This document shows positions 49,798-62,269 of a stretch of 64,000 nucleotides of DNA, one piece after another. The notes under the pieces are model-generated. The model saw nothing but the letters and a program-made list of their open reading frames with translations. It searched no databases and was not told the DNA's origin. Each line of letters opens with the position of its first letter. Position 1 is the stretch's first letter. Position numbers and translations under genes: made by a program. The stretch is taken from assembly GCF_963506605.1 (NCBI RefSeq), contig NC_083279.1, positions 82,460,001-82,524,000 of the forward strand, written 5' to 3'. The DNA is from Zootoca vivipara. Lineage: Eukaryota.

Positions 49798-50259
49798 TGT
49801 CCATAAGCTTTAATTAGCTTGTGTTTAAGTAAACAAACTTACCGGTCCAGTTGCGCTTCCGGACGTAAATCTTCCTTTTCAGCAGAGCGTTTTGCGCCAC
49901 GGCAAAGAGTAAGGGTGAGTCAGCTAGAGTCATAAATTCAGGAACTCTGGAGGACGTTGCAAACTCAAAAGACTTTATTTACAGAAAATATAGCCTGGAG
50001 ATAAGGCAGACATCCTTCATCTCTTGCCAAGTAGAAACTTAAACAAAACTTTGCCTCAGCGCACAATCTTGAGGCATGATTACAGCCACCAAGAGAAAAA
50101 CCACTCCTAAGAGAAAAAAACGCTACTACCGGTAAGAGAATGAGCACATGTAAGGAACTGACTATTTATACAGGCTGTCTTACATTCCCAGATGTTTCAT
50201 GATGCTCAGCTGCTCAGTGTTCAGAGCGATTAGTATAACTTAACCCTTTAATACCAACA
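49798..50259 (-). mobile_element. Solo LTR (462 bp) upstream of the copy 4 ATG
   Basis: TGT...ACA ends, 5-bp TSD AATAT, TATAAATA and AATAAA on the minus strand; empty site in other units. Confidence 0.85.
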
Positions 50260-50662
50260 AATATTAAAAATTTCTATTCTATTCTTGTTGACACATTAAA
50301 TGATTTATAAGAGTACAAGTGAGGAACTCAAACTTTATGATATTGTATTATTTTATTATCATCTTTCTGTTTGCGGTGGGACAAATGTTTAGTCAGGGTG
50401 GGTAGTAGTTTAATTTTAGCATAATTGTTTCCTGCTTTGTTTCTACTTTCATTATTTTGTTATGTTATTGTATAGTTTGTATTTGCTTTATAAGGGGAAA
50501 GGGTCAGGGCTGCCTGGGAGGGGTTTCCCTCTAGGGGGAAACACAAGATTCAGGAAGATTTTGAGCAGAGGAGAGAGAACCACAATTTCTGGGGAATAAA
50601 TTGTCAAGGCTGTTATTCTTCCATTCAGTTTTTGCAGCTCGATCTGGTGCAGTCCACCTTCC

Positions 50663-53600
50663 ATGGATCTCTCTACCAGTGCTGTGGTCTTCCTGTTCCT
50701 CACCTACCACCTCTGTGAGGCAGGAGATCGGAAGTATAATTCAGTCCTCACGGTGCCCAATGGCGGGAAGTGGGGAGAATGGGGGAAAATTGAATTCTGT
50801 CCCTCAGGATATGCATCTGGATTCTCATTGAAGGTAAAGGCTTCCCAAGGAGTAGTCACTATAATATAATATAATATAATATAATATAATATAATATAAT
50901 ATAATATAATATAAATGTCAGGGGATTCTTGCGACTACTCTCGAGTAACGACGCTCCTCATGTTACTTTTCCACAACGTGTTTATTGGTGCCTCTATTTA
51001 CAGTGAGCTAGGTGCAGAAACATGTCTTCTTACTCCAATGCAGAATCTGGAAGTGCCCCCCGGCGCGAACGCCCCCAACATAAATGTCGCGGGACACTGA
51101 ATCTCCTCCCCTTTCTTCTCTTTCGTAATTCCGGAACCGGATGAAAGGGTCTGCGGTCCATGTTTTCCCTCTCCCCATTTTCCCCTTCTCTCTCCTCCCG
51201 CCTGTGGAGTCTGGGCTCTTTCCTCCTGCCTGAGCCCTGGCACTCTCTCTCCGTGTCCTGACTAGCCTCCCCCGAGCCTGTGCTTCCTTCGCTGCTCGGG
51301 GAGGGGCTGCTCTTGATGATAGGGGGAGGTACTCTGTACTCTCTCCCCCTTACAATATATATTTCAAGTTGATTGCCATCTTTCTTTCTGAACCTATTGC
51401 CTGTATATTGCTGCCTGCAAGGTGCTTTGAAGTGTTGACTGCCATGCTTAAAGATTTAATAGCTGTAAAAAGTATCCATGTCACTTTGTCTATCCACACT
51501 GGAGAGGCTAAGAGTGAATTGGATTTTACATAAAAGAAAACTACCATGAATCTGGATGGACTGGAGGAAAAAAGGGACAAGGATACAGACAAGTTTGGAG
51601 TGCAATGAGCTGGCAATATTGTGGTCAGGTTTATCTCCCTGAAAGGTGAGCACCCTATTGGCAAATACAGACTAAGCTGTTAGTGTGGAAGCAACCTTGA
51701 TAAGTTCTGGTGCTTTCTAGGTGGGTTGCCATACATCCAGATTTTCCTTGACGTGTCCAGGATTTCAACAACTTTCCCCCCAAAAGCTCAACAACAGTTT
51801 TGTGTCCAGATTTCACTTCTTGAAATAATATGGCAACCATAACTTCACAAACTGGAGGAAACCTGCTGTTGAATATGAAGACATAAGAGAGGGATGGAGG
51901 GTGCCTTAGCCAGTCATTAGCAACATCAATTTTTTTCTTATTAAAATTGCTTACTTGGGGCCATTGGACTGGTTTCACCACAAAGCTACTGTATTTTGGT
52001 GCAGCTGGGAATGAAAACCTTAATCCATAACCAGTTAATACTTGTACACAAGTAGGGGCCTGTAATTATGAACAGATAACTGCTAATTCAGGTTGCAAGC
52101 TAGTAGTTTGGAAAATTCAGACTGCAGATGTAGTCAGAGTCCAAGTTCGGTTAACTACAATAACAACCCCCCCCTTTTGTAACATACAAAATATCTTTTT
52201 TCTGTTTTGTTTTCTACATGGGTACTATTTCTTGTTTCTTTGATTTTGTGTCTCGTCTTACTCTGTACACTTGTAATTTTATACTTTTTATTTTTCAATA
52301 AAGAATATAACACAGAGTCCCAGCTTGCAAAAACAGCTTTATTACAGTCTCTTTCTCTCTTTTCCACCAGCCATCAGTAGAAGATTTTGATGGTGATGCT
52401 ACCGGCCTCAGTGGCATCCGTCTCCATTGCAGTAGTGGTGAAGTTATACAATCTAGAGTCGGACTGTAAGTATCTTCTTGATTTTTCTCTTTGTTGCTTG
52501 GAAAGTGATGGTGTAAGGGGCTGGCTGAAATCTATTATGCTTCAGCACCAGGACAGGATAATGTCAGGGCCTATCAGCCTCATTCTCAGCTCTCGGAGTC
52601 TAAGGATACCAACTCTAGGTTGCCTTCTGAATTTTAGAGGGACCCAAGCCCCACATAACAAAGAGGAAAGAGACTGCAACAACAGAGTACAAAGGTCAGG
52701 AAAAGCAGAGTTTCTTCCTGAGGACCACACATCCCAAGGAAAGAGAGAGCAAGAGGAAACCACCATCTATCCTGAGAGTGGGGAACCTCAAGTCCAGGGG
52801 TCAAATGTGGTCCCCTAACTTCTCTGTCTGGTCCTCATGAATATCTGTGACTGTTAGGGGTCAGGACCTCAGGCAGGAAGGAGAGGCAGGCTGAGCAAAA
52901 AAGCTGTATGAAAAGGCCAAGACCTACCTTTACCAGTGGCTGTGCCTTCCTGAGAGAAAGGAGGCACAATACTGAAGCTCTCCTTCCTGCCAGAGGAACT
53001 GGCCTAAAAGATCAATGCCTCCAATCAACAGCTGTTTAGCAGAGACCTTGATACTGTGGGGTCCAGGTGCTGCTTTGCCAGTGGCTTTCTTGCAGGAAAG
53101 TCACTACCACTTAAGTGAGTGGATCCCATCCTGCATGGTGCTGGTCACTGGACTTCATGAAGGAGTAGCACCACAACACAGAATCAGGTCATTCTGCTTA
53201 ATATCTGTTAGGCAGGGGAGTAAATCCTACATATCACTGATGAACCCTGACCTTAAAAAAAACCCCATTCTTAAGAGAATATTACGGTTTAAAACCCCTT
53301 TAAAGATTCTTCAGCTCCATCCCTAGATTGTTCCAGGGGCATATTGGGAGGGTGTGGTGTGGGTGACCCCTGGGTGGCACAGGGCAAATCCACCTAATCC
53401 AGGGGTCACAACACACAGCCCTACTTAAAGTTGAGGTTTAAGTAGAGCTGGACCATAAAGAAGGCTGATCGCCGAAGAATTGATGCTTTTGAATTATGGT
53501 GCTGGAGGAGACTCTTGAGAGTCCCATGGACTGCAAGAAGATCAAACCTATCCATTCTTAAGGAAATCAGCCCTGAGTGCTCCCTGGAAGGACAGATCGT

Positions 53601-56533
53601 GAAGCTGAGGCTCCAATACTTTGGCCACCTCATGAGAAGAGAAGATTCCTTGGAAAAGACCTTGATGTTGGGAAAGATGGAGGGCACAAGGAGAAGGGGA
53701 CGACAGAGGACGAGATAGGGGACGACAGAGGACGAGATGGTTGGACAGTGTTCTCGAAGCTACGAACATGAGTTTGACCAAACTGCGGGAGGCAGTGCAA
53801 GACAGGAATGCCTGGCGTGCTATGGTCCATGGGGTCACGAAGAGTCGGACACGACTAAACGATTAAACAACAACAAACATACTATTGCATTAGGAACAAA
53901 ACGAGAGAAAAAGTAAAGATGGAAATTTTAAAAAAATTATGGAGAATGAGAAAAAGCTAATTAAAAATCCAAACAATGTGAAAATAAATCAGAATATCAA
54001 AATGTTACAAAGTCAGTTTGCAATGATTATTAATCAAGAAGTGAAATGGAATATAAAAAGAATGAGACAGAAATTTTTTGAATTTGCAAATAAATCAGGC
54101 AAATGGCTGGTGTGGCAAATCAAAAAAAGGAAATCCCAAATTAAAATTAATAAAATAACCTTGGAAGGAAAAGAAGTAGAGAATCTGAAAGAAATTAGGA
54201 ATGGATTTTAAAATTTTTATAGACAGTTATATAAAAAAGCTGGAAAGGGAAATATAAGCAGAATTGAAGAATATCTAAACAAAAAGAAGTGCAACAAATT
54301 CCATCAGAATAGAAAGAGCGACTGAATGAGTTAATGGAAATTGAAGAAATTTAAAATGCAATAAAAGAATTAAAAAGTGGAAAGGCGCCAGGACCAGATG
54401 GATTCGCTGCAAAATATTATAAAGAACTGAAACATACCCTGCTTGTACCGTTAGAAGAAGTTATGAATAATATATTAAAGAATGGAGAAATACCAGAAAC
54501 ATGGAACATGGAAAGAAGCAAATATCACATTAATACCCAAACCAGACTCTGATTCATTGTAAGTTAAAAACTATTGGCCGATTTCATTATTAAATAATGA
54601 TTATAAATTATTTGCAAGTATTTTGGCAAATAGATTGAAAAAAGTATTGAATGAAATAATACATACAGATCAAGCAGGCTTTCTTCCTGGCCGACAGATG
54701 AAATATAATATAAGGAATGTGGTGAATATCATTGAATATTTGATGGCCAGGAATGAAAAGTAAGCGACATTAATCTTTTTGGATGCAGAGAAGGCCTTTG
54801 ATAATATATCCTGGGAATTTATGGTAAAGAATTTGGAATTAATGGATATTGGACAATTGTTTATAAGAGGAATTAAAGCGATATATTCTAATCGAAAAGC
54901 AAAATTAATAGTAAATAATGTAGTAACAGAAAATATTGAGATTACGAAAGGTACAAGACAGGGATGTCCATTGTCACCATTATTATCCATCTCGGTTCTG
55001 GAAGTCTTCCTAAAGACCAGGCATCCCCAAACTGCAGCCCTCCAGAAGTTTTGGCATACAACTCCCATGATCCCTAGCTAACAGGACCAGTGGTCAGGGA
55101 TGATGGGAATCGTAGTCCAAAACATCTGGAGGGCCGAAGTTTGGGGATGCCTCCTAAAGACTATAAGGGAAAATGAGAAAATAAAAGGAATTTCAGTTGG
55201 CAGAAGAGAGTATAAAGCCTTTGCAGACGACTTGGCATTAACAGTGGAAGACCCATTATGCAGTATTAATGAGGTATTAGAAGAAATTGAACAATTCGGA
55301 CAAGTTGCAGGTTTTAAATTAAACAAAAAGAAAACTAAAATGTTGGCTAAAAATGTGAAACAAGATTTGGTGGATAGGTTGCAACAACAGACTGGTATAG
55401 AAATAGTCAAAAAAGTAAAGTATTTTGGAATTTGGTTAATATTTAATATTTAATATTTGAGTAATATTTACTGATTGTAATGTTTGAAAGAAAATATAAA
55501 GAAAATGATGTATTGATGGTATATCACACCAGTGAAATTAGCCAAAACGTATAAAACAGGTAATAAATGTTGGAAATGTAAGGAAAAAGAAGGAACGTTT
55601 TATCATATATGGTGGGAATGTAAGAAAGTGAAAAACTTCTGGAAAATGATATACAATGAGATGAAAAAGATGTTAAGATATACATTAATTAAAAACCCAG
55701 CTTTTCTACTTGGTATTGTAGGAGAGGATATTAGCAGACAAGATAAAAAAAACTGTTTTTGTATGTGACGACGGCATTAAGAGTACTATTGGCACAGAGA
55801 TGGAAACAAGAAGAATTACCGATGATAGAAGAATGGCAGACGAAGTTAATGGACTACACAAAATTGGACAAGATGACAGGGAGAATTCAAAACTGGCGGG
55901 ACCAGAGGTTCTTGAAGGACTGAACTAAATTTGAGAATTATTTGAAAAACAATTGTAAACAACAAATTATGCTAGTAGGTTTGCAAGAAGTTTTGTAAGG
56001 AGAAATACATGAAATATTATAGAGAACATTTAGGAATATAAAAATTGGTTATTGTTTATTAAAAGTAATAGTGAATTACGGGACACAAGGATAAGTTAGG
56101 AAGATTGGAAAACTTTAGATGGTTTGATGGAAGTACAAAAAAAATATTGTACTGTATAAGATATGAATGAATGTTAAAGGATGTATCGAATTTCCAGGGA
56201 GGCAGACATTACCATATTGTCTTTTTTTTTTTTTGCAGGTGGGGAGAGTGGAAAGAGGTTAAGAAATGCCCCTCCAAGGCCTACCTGGTTGCCTTCGCTC
56301 TGAGAGTGGAAGACGAACATGGGAAAATTGATAATACAGGAGCCAACAACATCGAGTTCAACTGTGGAGATGAGACTAGACTGGAGGGCAACGGACTGGA
56401 CTTCGGTAAATACGGCCCGTGGAGCAAGCGCTGCACCGCTGGTGCCATCTGTGGGATTCAAACAAAGGTGCAGGGTTTAGTTGACCTTGATAACACAGCA
56501 CTTAATGATGTCAAGTTCTTCTGCTGCGACTGA
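50663..56533 (+). CDS. VMO1: VMO1-like copy 4; exons 50663-50833, 52371-52465, 56239-56533; 186 aa
   Basis: 171+95+295 nt in frame; exon 2 [31 protein letters not shown]; exon 3 [24 protein letters not shown]...[14 protein letters not shown]. Confidence 0.9.
50859..50914. repeat. (TATAA)n microsatellite in intron 1 of copy 4
   Basis: Visible repeat. Confidence 0.9.
50916..51354 (-). mobile_element. Solo LTR (probably Gypsy-type) in intron 1 of copy 4
   Basis: TGTCAGGGG...CCCCTTACA inverted termini in an AT repeat; AATAAA on the minus strand; TSD obscured by the microsatellite. Confidence 0.75.
53444..53876 (+). mobile_element. BovB (RTE) LINE 3' fragment
   Basis: [45 protein letters not shown]; (CAA)n tail. 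Confidence 0.93.
53886..56180 (+). mobile_element. Degraded L1-clade LINE in intron 2 of copy 4 (same insertion as in copy 3)
   Basis: [37 protein letters not shown]; same 3' junction before exon 3. Confidence 0.88.
55018..55153. mobile_element. hAT MITE (paralog of 35084-35218)
   Basis: 8-bp TSD CTAAAGAC. Confidence 0.9.
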
Positions 56534-58057
56534 ATCACCTGGGCTTCATCCTGCTACAACACAGCTGCCTGTGATCTAATGGTTTGTTGGCATGAAACTT
56601 AACCAACAATAAATCTTAACAAAAGAATTGCGTGTACCTTTTGGAGCTTTGTCCCTTCCTGATCTCAATTCCTTAAGCCTGCATGAATTGGTTTTGGATA
56701 GGAGGCCAATGCAATGTTAAAGAGGGTACCATCCTAGAGTCGTAGTGTGATATCTTTAGTTCATTGAACTAACCAGGCCCACCAGCCTCTCAATTTGTCC
56801 CATGAGGTTGCTTTGAACAAATCACACCCACTTGCCAATCACCAGCCATCTCAGGCACAGAGATCTCTTATGTCTGATCTAACCACCATGCGGTGAGATT
56901 TGAGGATTTGAAGGAATTTTAGCACAAGCATAGCATCCAACTCCTAAAGGCCGAGGTCCCTTTGCCTCCCCCATAAACAATTTGAGGGGGTTACGCCTCC
57001 CCCCCCAAGTTGATGGGCATTGCCATTCAAATGGCGTGCATCATGTGATCAATTATGTGGGGCGGAGCTTACCTGCCTCCCCCCATATTGTATTCAAGTC
57101 GGCACCCCTGGCACCAAGCACCACCAAGAGCCCAAAGTGCAAGCAGAGTCTTATCCAGAATTTTAGCACTCTGCCCAACAGTGCTAAGCTCAGAGATAAG
57201 CCTCGGCTAATATTTCGGAGTCTGGCTTTCTGAATGTGTGTCTGCCTGACTCTTTCTCTCTCTGTGTGTGTGCCTGTTGATTTTATTTATTTTCTATTTC
57301 TATTTCTTTCTTTATTTGGATTTTTATTCTGCTTTTGGCCCCATCCACCCATGGAAGATTGGCCACATTCCAATCTACTCCTTGGGGTGAAATTGCTTCC
57401 CTGCTCCTGTCATATAGGGATTGACAAATGGATATGTTATTTTCTTCTGAGTCCTGAAGCACAGTAATCAAAACTATGGTTAGAGAGCAGTGGAGTATTG
57501 GATCCATGATCACATCTGTGGTCCCAAAGGCTCAGGTGGCCAGAATAGAAGTTCTCCCCTCTTCCGTTTGCTGCACTGGTAAACGGCTGTTGTAGCTGAG
57601 TGACCCAGACTGCCACCCTCTTGGCAGAATGTGGCAGCTTTGGATCTAGTGGAATCATTGCCTGGTCTGCACCACCCCAGACTCATTCCTGTAATATCCT
57701 GGACTTCATTCTTCCTACTACTGGACACCTTTACTCCTCCAAACAGTTAGGATTGCTCTTTCATTTATGATGTCACTGAGCTGGATCCATGTCGCGATTT
57801 TTCAAAGTAGAGAAGGAATTAAAAAATTGGTTGTTGTTGGGTTTTTTTTATAAAAATATCAGTTTTAAATTCAGACATTTAGAGTTTGATCATGAAAACT
57901 GAGTGCATGATCAAACCTACCCAAGCACTCGGATCAAAGTATTGTGTTAGAGTTCAATGCTTCATCCAGGGATCTCATCGGGAAACCATTAATATTTTTT
58001 AAAAAAACTGAAAGAGGACGAACTGGAAGAGACACAGATGCAGAAAGGGAAAGCAAC

Positions 58058-58137
<80 letters not shown>

Positions 58138-58922
58138 AAGTTGGGGAAATGTGAAGGACGGAAACAAGGGACCAAGCAAGATGGAGGTTAATAAAAAAGA
58201 CAAATTTATTGAAAGATGGAATGAAGTTCATTCATGAATCACTGGGATACCAAATTTTGTGACAATATAGACTATGTATGTTATTTTCTCTTTCAGAATT
58301 CCTTTTGATTATTTCTCTCATACACAAGTACAGGACAGACATCTTTCTATAATACTTTCGTTGATTGCCTATTCTGTTCTTTCACCAATGAAAAGGAAAT
58401 GAAATGAAATGAAGAATAAGTGTGTGCCTTCTTATCAGCTGTGAGAGGAGCAGGAAGAGGAGATACAGGGAGCATGTACTGTATTTTTTTTGCTCCATAA
58501 GATGCACCTTTTCCCTCCTAAAAGGGGTGGGGAAATGCCTGTGCGTCTTATGAAGTGAAGGGTACCCGCAAAGCGAGAGCCATGCGCAGTGGGTACAGTA
58601 CCTAAGCGGCTCTCCGCCTGCCCACTTTACAGCATGCCAGGAGGGCTTCTCCCGGCTCGCTGTAAAGTGGGCCTACCCAGAGCCGCTTACCCACTGCATG
58701 CAGCTCCCGCTCAAGCAAAGCGGGACCCGTGCACAGTGGGTATGGAACCTAAGCGGCTCTCAGTCTGCCCACTTCAAAGCGGGTGGACCCAGAGCTGCTT
58801 ATCCACTGCGCGCACCTCTCCAAGCCAGAGGGAGAGTAGTCGCAGTTGCCCCTGCGAGAGCTGGGGACAGAATCAGTGCCCCAAAAGGGCTCCTTTCGGG
58901 GCGCTTTCGGGGCGCTGAATTT

Positions 58923-59508
58923 ATCACCTGATAAATTCAAACCCCCGAAGCTGCAGCCGCAGTCAGAACTGAGAATAAAAAGCCGCTGCACAAAGAGCCC
59001 AAAGGTAAAGTTAAGCAGGCAGAGGCAAGCTCCGCAAACCGGGAGCGCTCAGGGAGCAAAAACTCTGTGGGGCGAAAGCCCCTGCAGGGGGAAGGAAAGG
59101 AAAGGAATAATAATTAACAAAGGAGGGGAAGAAACCAATTGGAAGGAATTTAGGGAAAGAAGGGATAACGGAAAGAAATCACCAGGATGATCCGTCAAAG
59201 GCTGCACAGAGGACACGCTGTTAACTTGTTCTGAACGCACGGGCCGAAAGAGGAAGCTCTGGGTCTCGTGCATGGGTATATATAGGTCCCTCGATCCATT
59301 TGGACTGTGCCCCATTGGCCCGATTGAACCCAACATTGAGAGACCTACCAATCGGGTGTTGTGGCTGACCAATTTTGTTGTTGTTTAGTCATTTAGTCGT
59401 GTCCGACTCTTCGTGACCCCATGGTCCATAGCACGCCAGGCACTCCTGTCTTGCACTTGACCAATCTTACCCACCCACAACACAGGAGGTTGGTCTCCAC
59501 GTCTCACT
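58923..59508 (-). mobile_element. Ngaro/DIRS terminal remnant
   Basis: Paralog of 47629-48123. Confidence 0.75.
59374..59457 (-). mobile_element. Short BovB 3' end insertion
   Basis: Matches the 3' end of 53444-53876; TSD TGACCAAT. Confidence 0.85.
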
Positions 59509-59510
59509 TT

Positions 59511-59845
59511 GGGTGGCGCTGTGGTCTAAACCACAGAGCCTAAGGGCTTGGCGATTGAAGGTCGCCGGTTCGAATCCCTGCGATGGGGTGAGCTTCTGTT
59601 GCTTGGTCCCTGCTCCTGCCAACATAGCACTTCGAGAGCACGTCAAAGTGCAAGTAGATAAATAGGTACTGCTCCGGTGGGAAGGTAAACGGCGTTTTCG
59701 TGCACTGCTCTGGTTCGCCAGAAGCGGCTTAGTCATGCTGGCCACATGACCTGGAAGCTGTATGCCGGCTCCCTCGGTCAGTAAAGTGAGATGAGCACCG
59801 CAACCCCAGAGTCGTCGGTCAGGGGTCCCTTTACCTTTACCTTTA
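59511..59845 (+). mobile_element. Sauria SINE (paralog of 48124-48461)
   Basis: Same sequence and position. Confidence 0.92.
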
Positions 59846-60309
59846 ATAGGCCTTACAGTGTGAGGCTTCCTGTAAAATTCTGAAGGGTACTATGAAGCTG
59901 AGGGTGAAATTCTGCACTTCTGGTATTCTGTGGACATATCTATACCACAAAGTTACATCACATTTCTATTAGGTGAACTGTCATGGCTTCAACTGAATGG
60001 TTTTATGAACAGCAGATTGATGAGAGAACTGTAACTCTCCCTTTGAGAAAACTAATCCACACATACAGTGGAGCCACAGTTATCAAGATACAAGACACCT
60101 TCTTTTCCCTCTCTCTGACAGCCTCCTCTGTATGTGTCACCCTCCTTCTCCCCTTTCCTCCATTCCTAGTGGTTTCCCATGAGAAGGAAACTTTACTTTT
60201 GCTGGAAGTCTGAACTCCCTGCTTGAGGACTTATGGCCATTAGGGAGAGGATGTGGCTCCAGAGTGACAGTTTGCCCAACCCTGTTCTAAAGCAAGATGT
60301 ACGGTCCTG

Positions 60310-61938
60310 CCAAACTGGAACACCTTGGTATAGACCCACATCTACTGACACTGATACAAAATTTGCACTCTAATAACCAAATATATATTAAAGTTTCAAA
60401 AGATGGTAGACTTGCAGGACCAATTTTCAACAATCGAGGAGTTAGGCAAGACTGTGTCCTGGCACCTACTCTATTCAATCTATTCTTATCTGTTTTACCA
60501 TCATTTCTTCAGAATGTAACCTCTCATATTCCTTATTTAAACAATATCCCACTTTTTTTATTACTATATGCAGATGATGCAGCAATTATCTCACTTTCTT
60601 CTTTGGGTATTAAAAAATTACTTAAGGGCTTTTCAAACTTCTGCTCCCTTAATAATTTAAAAATCAACTATGATAAGACCAAAATTATGCAGGTTACAAA
60701 AAGAGGGAACCCAAAAAACTATAAAATCAATGGACATCTAATACAGGAAGTGAAGCATTTCAATTACCTGGGGATTATATTTAAAAATAATATGAACTGG
60801 AACACACACATCTGTGCGGCAATAGCTAAGGTTAAAGGGACAGCCCACCATATCAAATCTTATTTTTTTCTCCTGAAGGAAACAGATACATTCCAGCAGT
60901 ACTGCAAGTAATTGACATGAAACTTTGTGCCCAACTTTTATATGGCACCCCACTGTGGATTTCAGGTGACCTTAAGATGCTGGATAAATTTCATGCATCC
61001 CTTCTGAGGTCATTACTAGGACTCGCAAATTCTGTAAAATATGAATCAATATGCTGCGAGCTGGGAATATTGTCTTTATCAGCAAGAGCATGGCTGAGGA
61101 CCATGAAATATTGGATCTTCCTGCATTACAGAGCCCTATCCCCTAACTCTCTCCTGTATGATCTTTTAAGTGATAATATAATCTACAATCTATCATTGAT
61201 TTGTAGGAGAAAATTGAATTTGATAGGGCTTAACTTAATTGACTTTGAAAATTCTGATCCCAAAGACATCTGGGAAATTATTAGGAAGACTCTTATAGGA
61301 AAAAGTGTTCTCTCCACGCTTGAGGTTGCAAACCGCAGCACCTGTTCTCCTCTCCATTTAAATCTCCCTCTATGCAGAGATTTTCAAAAGGGATACATGA
61401 CAAATTTGAAAAACCACGAACTGTGTAGGCTGTTTATGCTGGCCAGATTTAATATGTTTCCCTCGATGATGGTGAGAGGAAGATATTTGGGTCTCCCAGA
61501 ATCAGAGTGTCTCTGCAAATGCAGTAAACGGGAACCTGATACTTTGGAGCATATTTTCTTTTCTTGTGAATTTGGAATTCATGCCAGAAGACAACTATTA
61601 GAGGCCTTGCAACTCAATTGGCTGATTTCCAAGCTACCAACTGTTCAGGTCCTACTATCGGACAGGGATGATTAAATTACTACAGCGGTAGCTAAACTTT
61701 TGAGAGCTGTCCATGCAGAAAGGCTGGGCCATTACAAAGAGAGTTAGTGCTCCTTAATTGGTAGGTGATGTGGCAGTGTTAAGTTGTAGTATTTATATAT
61801 ATCTATACTCTTCCTGGAGTTAAGGAACTGACTGGGATAAGCCTCGCTCAACTGAGTCTGTATTTTATATAATCTCTATATAAATTTTATGTGATAATGT
61901 GTGGTTTGATATGCCTAATAAAGGATATTTGTTTGTTT
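60310..61938 (+). mobile_element. 5'-truncated non-LTR retrotransposon, probably RTE-X clade
   Basis: GVRQDCVLAPTLFNLFL, YADD, C-terminal CKC..EHIFFSC, (TTTG)n tail, 14-bp TSD GATGTACGGTCCTG. Confidence 0.85.
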
Positions 61939-62190
61939 GATGTACGGTCCTGGTCTTTGGCCTTGAAATGATGTCCTCACCCTTCTGCTAGGTCTCTCCA
62001 CTCCCCCTGGGAAATGGCTTCTGCTTGTGCCGGAGCTTTGTAGAAGCCACTGGTAAGAGAGGTGAGGAAAGCACAGGACCAGGAAGACATCACAGCCCTC
62101 TCCATCTGCTCTGCTCTGTGATGGATCAGTGGAGCATGGGAGTTACATTGCTCAGGACAGAGTGTTCCTACATTTCATTGTCCTGAACCC

Positions 62191-62269
62191 TTTAAATTCC
62201 CTGTTCACAGTCATGTCTCTTCCCTCAGTTTACAGACTTTCTCCTTCTGCCTGCTGAAAGACGGTAAGT
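62191..62269 (+). promoter_or_regulatory. Putative promoter and leader exon of a fifth VMO1 unit (coding part outside window)
   Basis: Paralog of 49167-49260 with intact ACG|GTAAGT donor. Confidence 0.45.
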
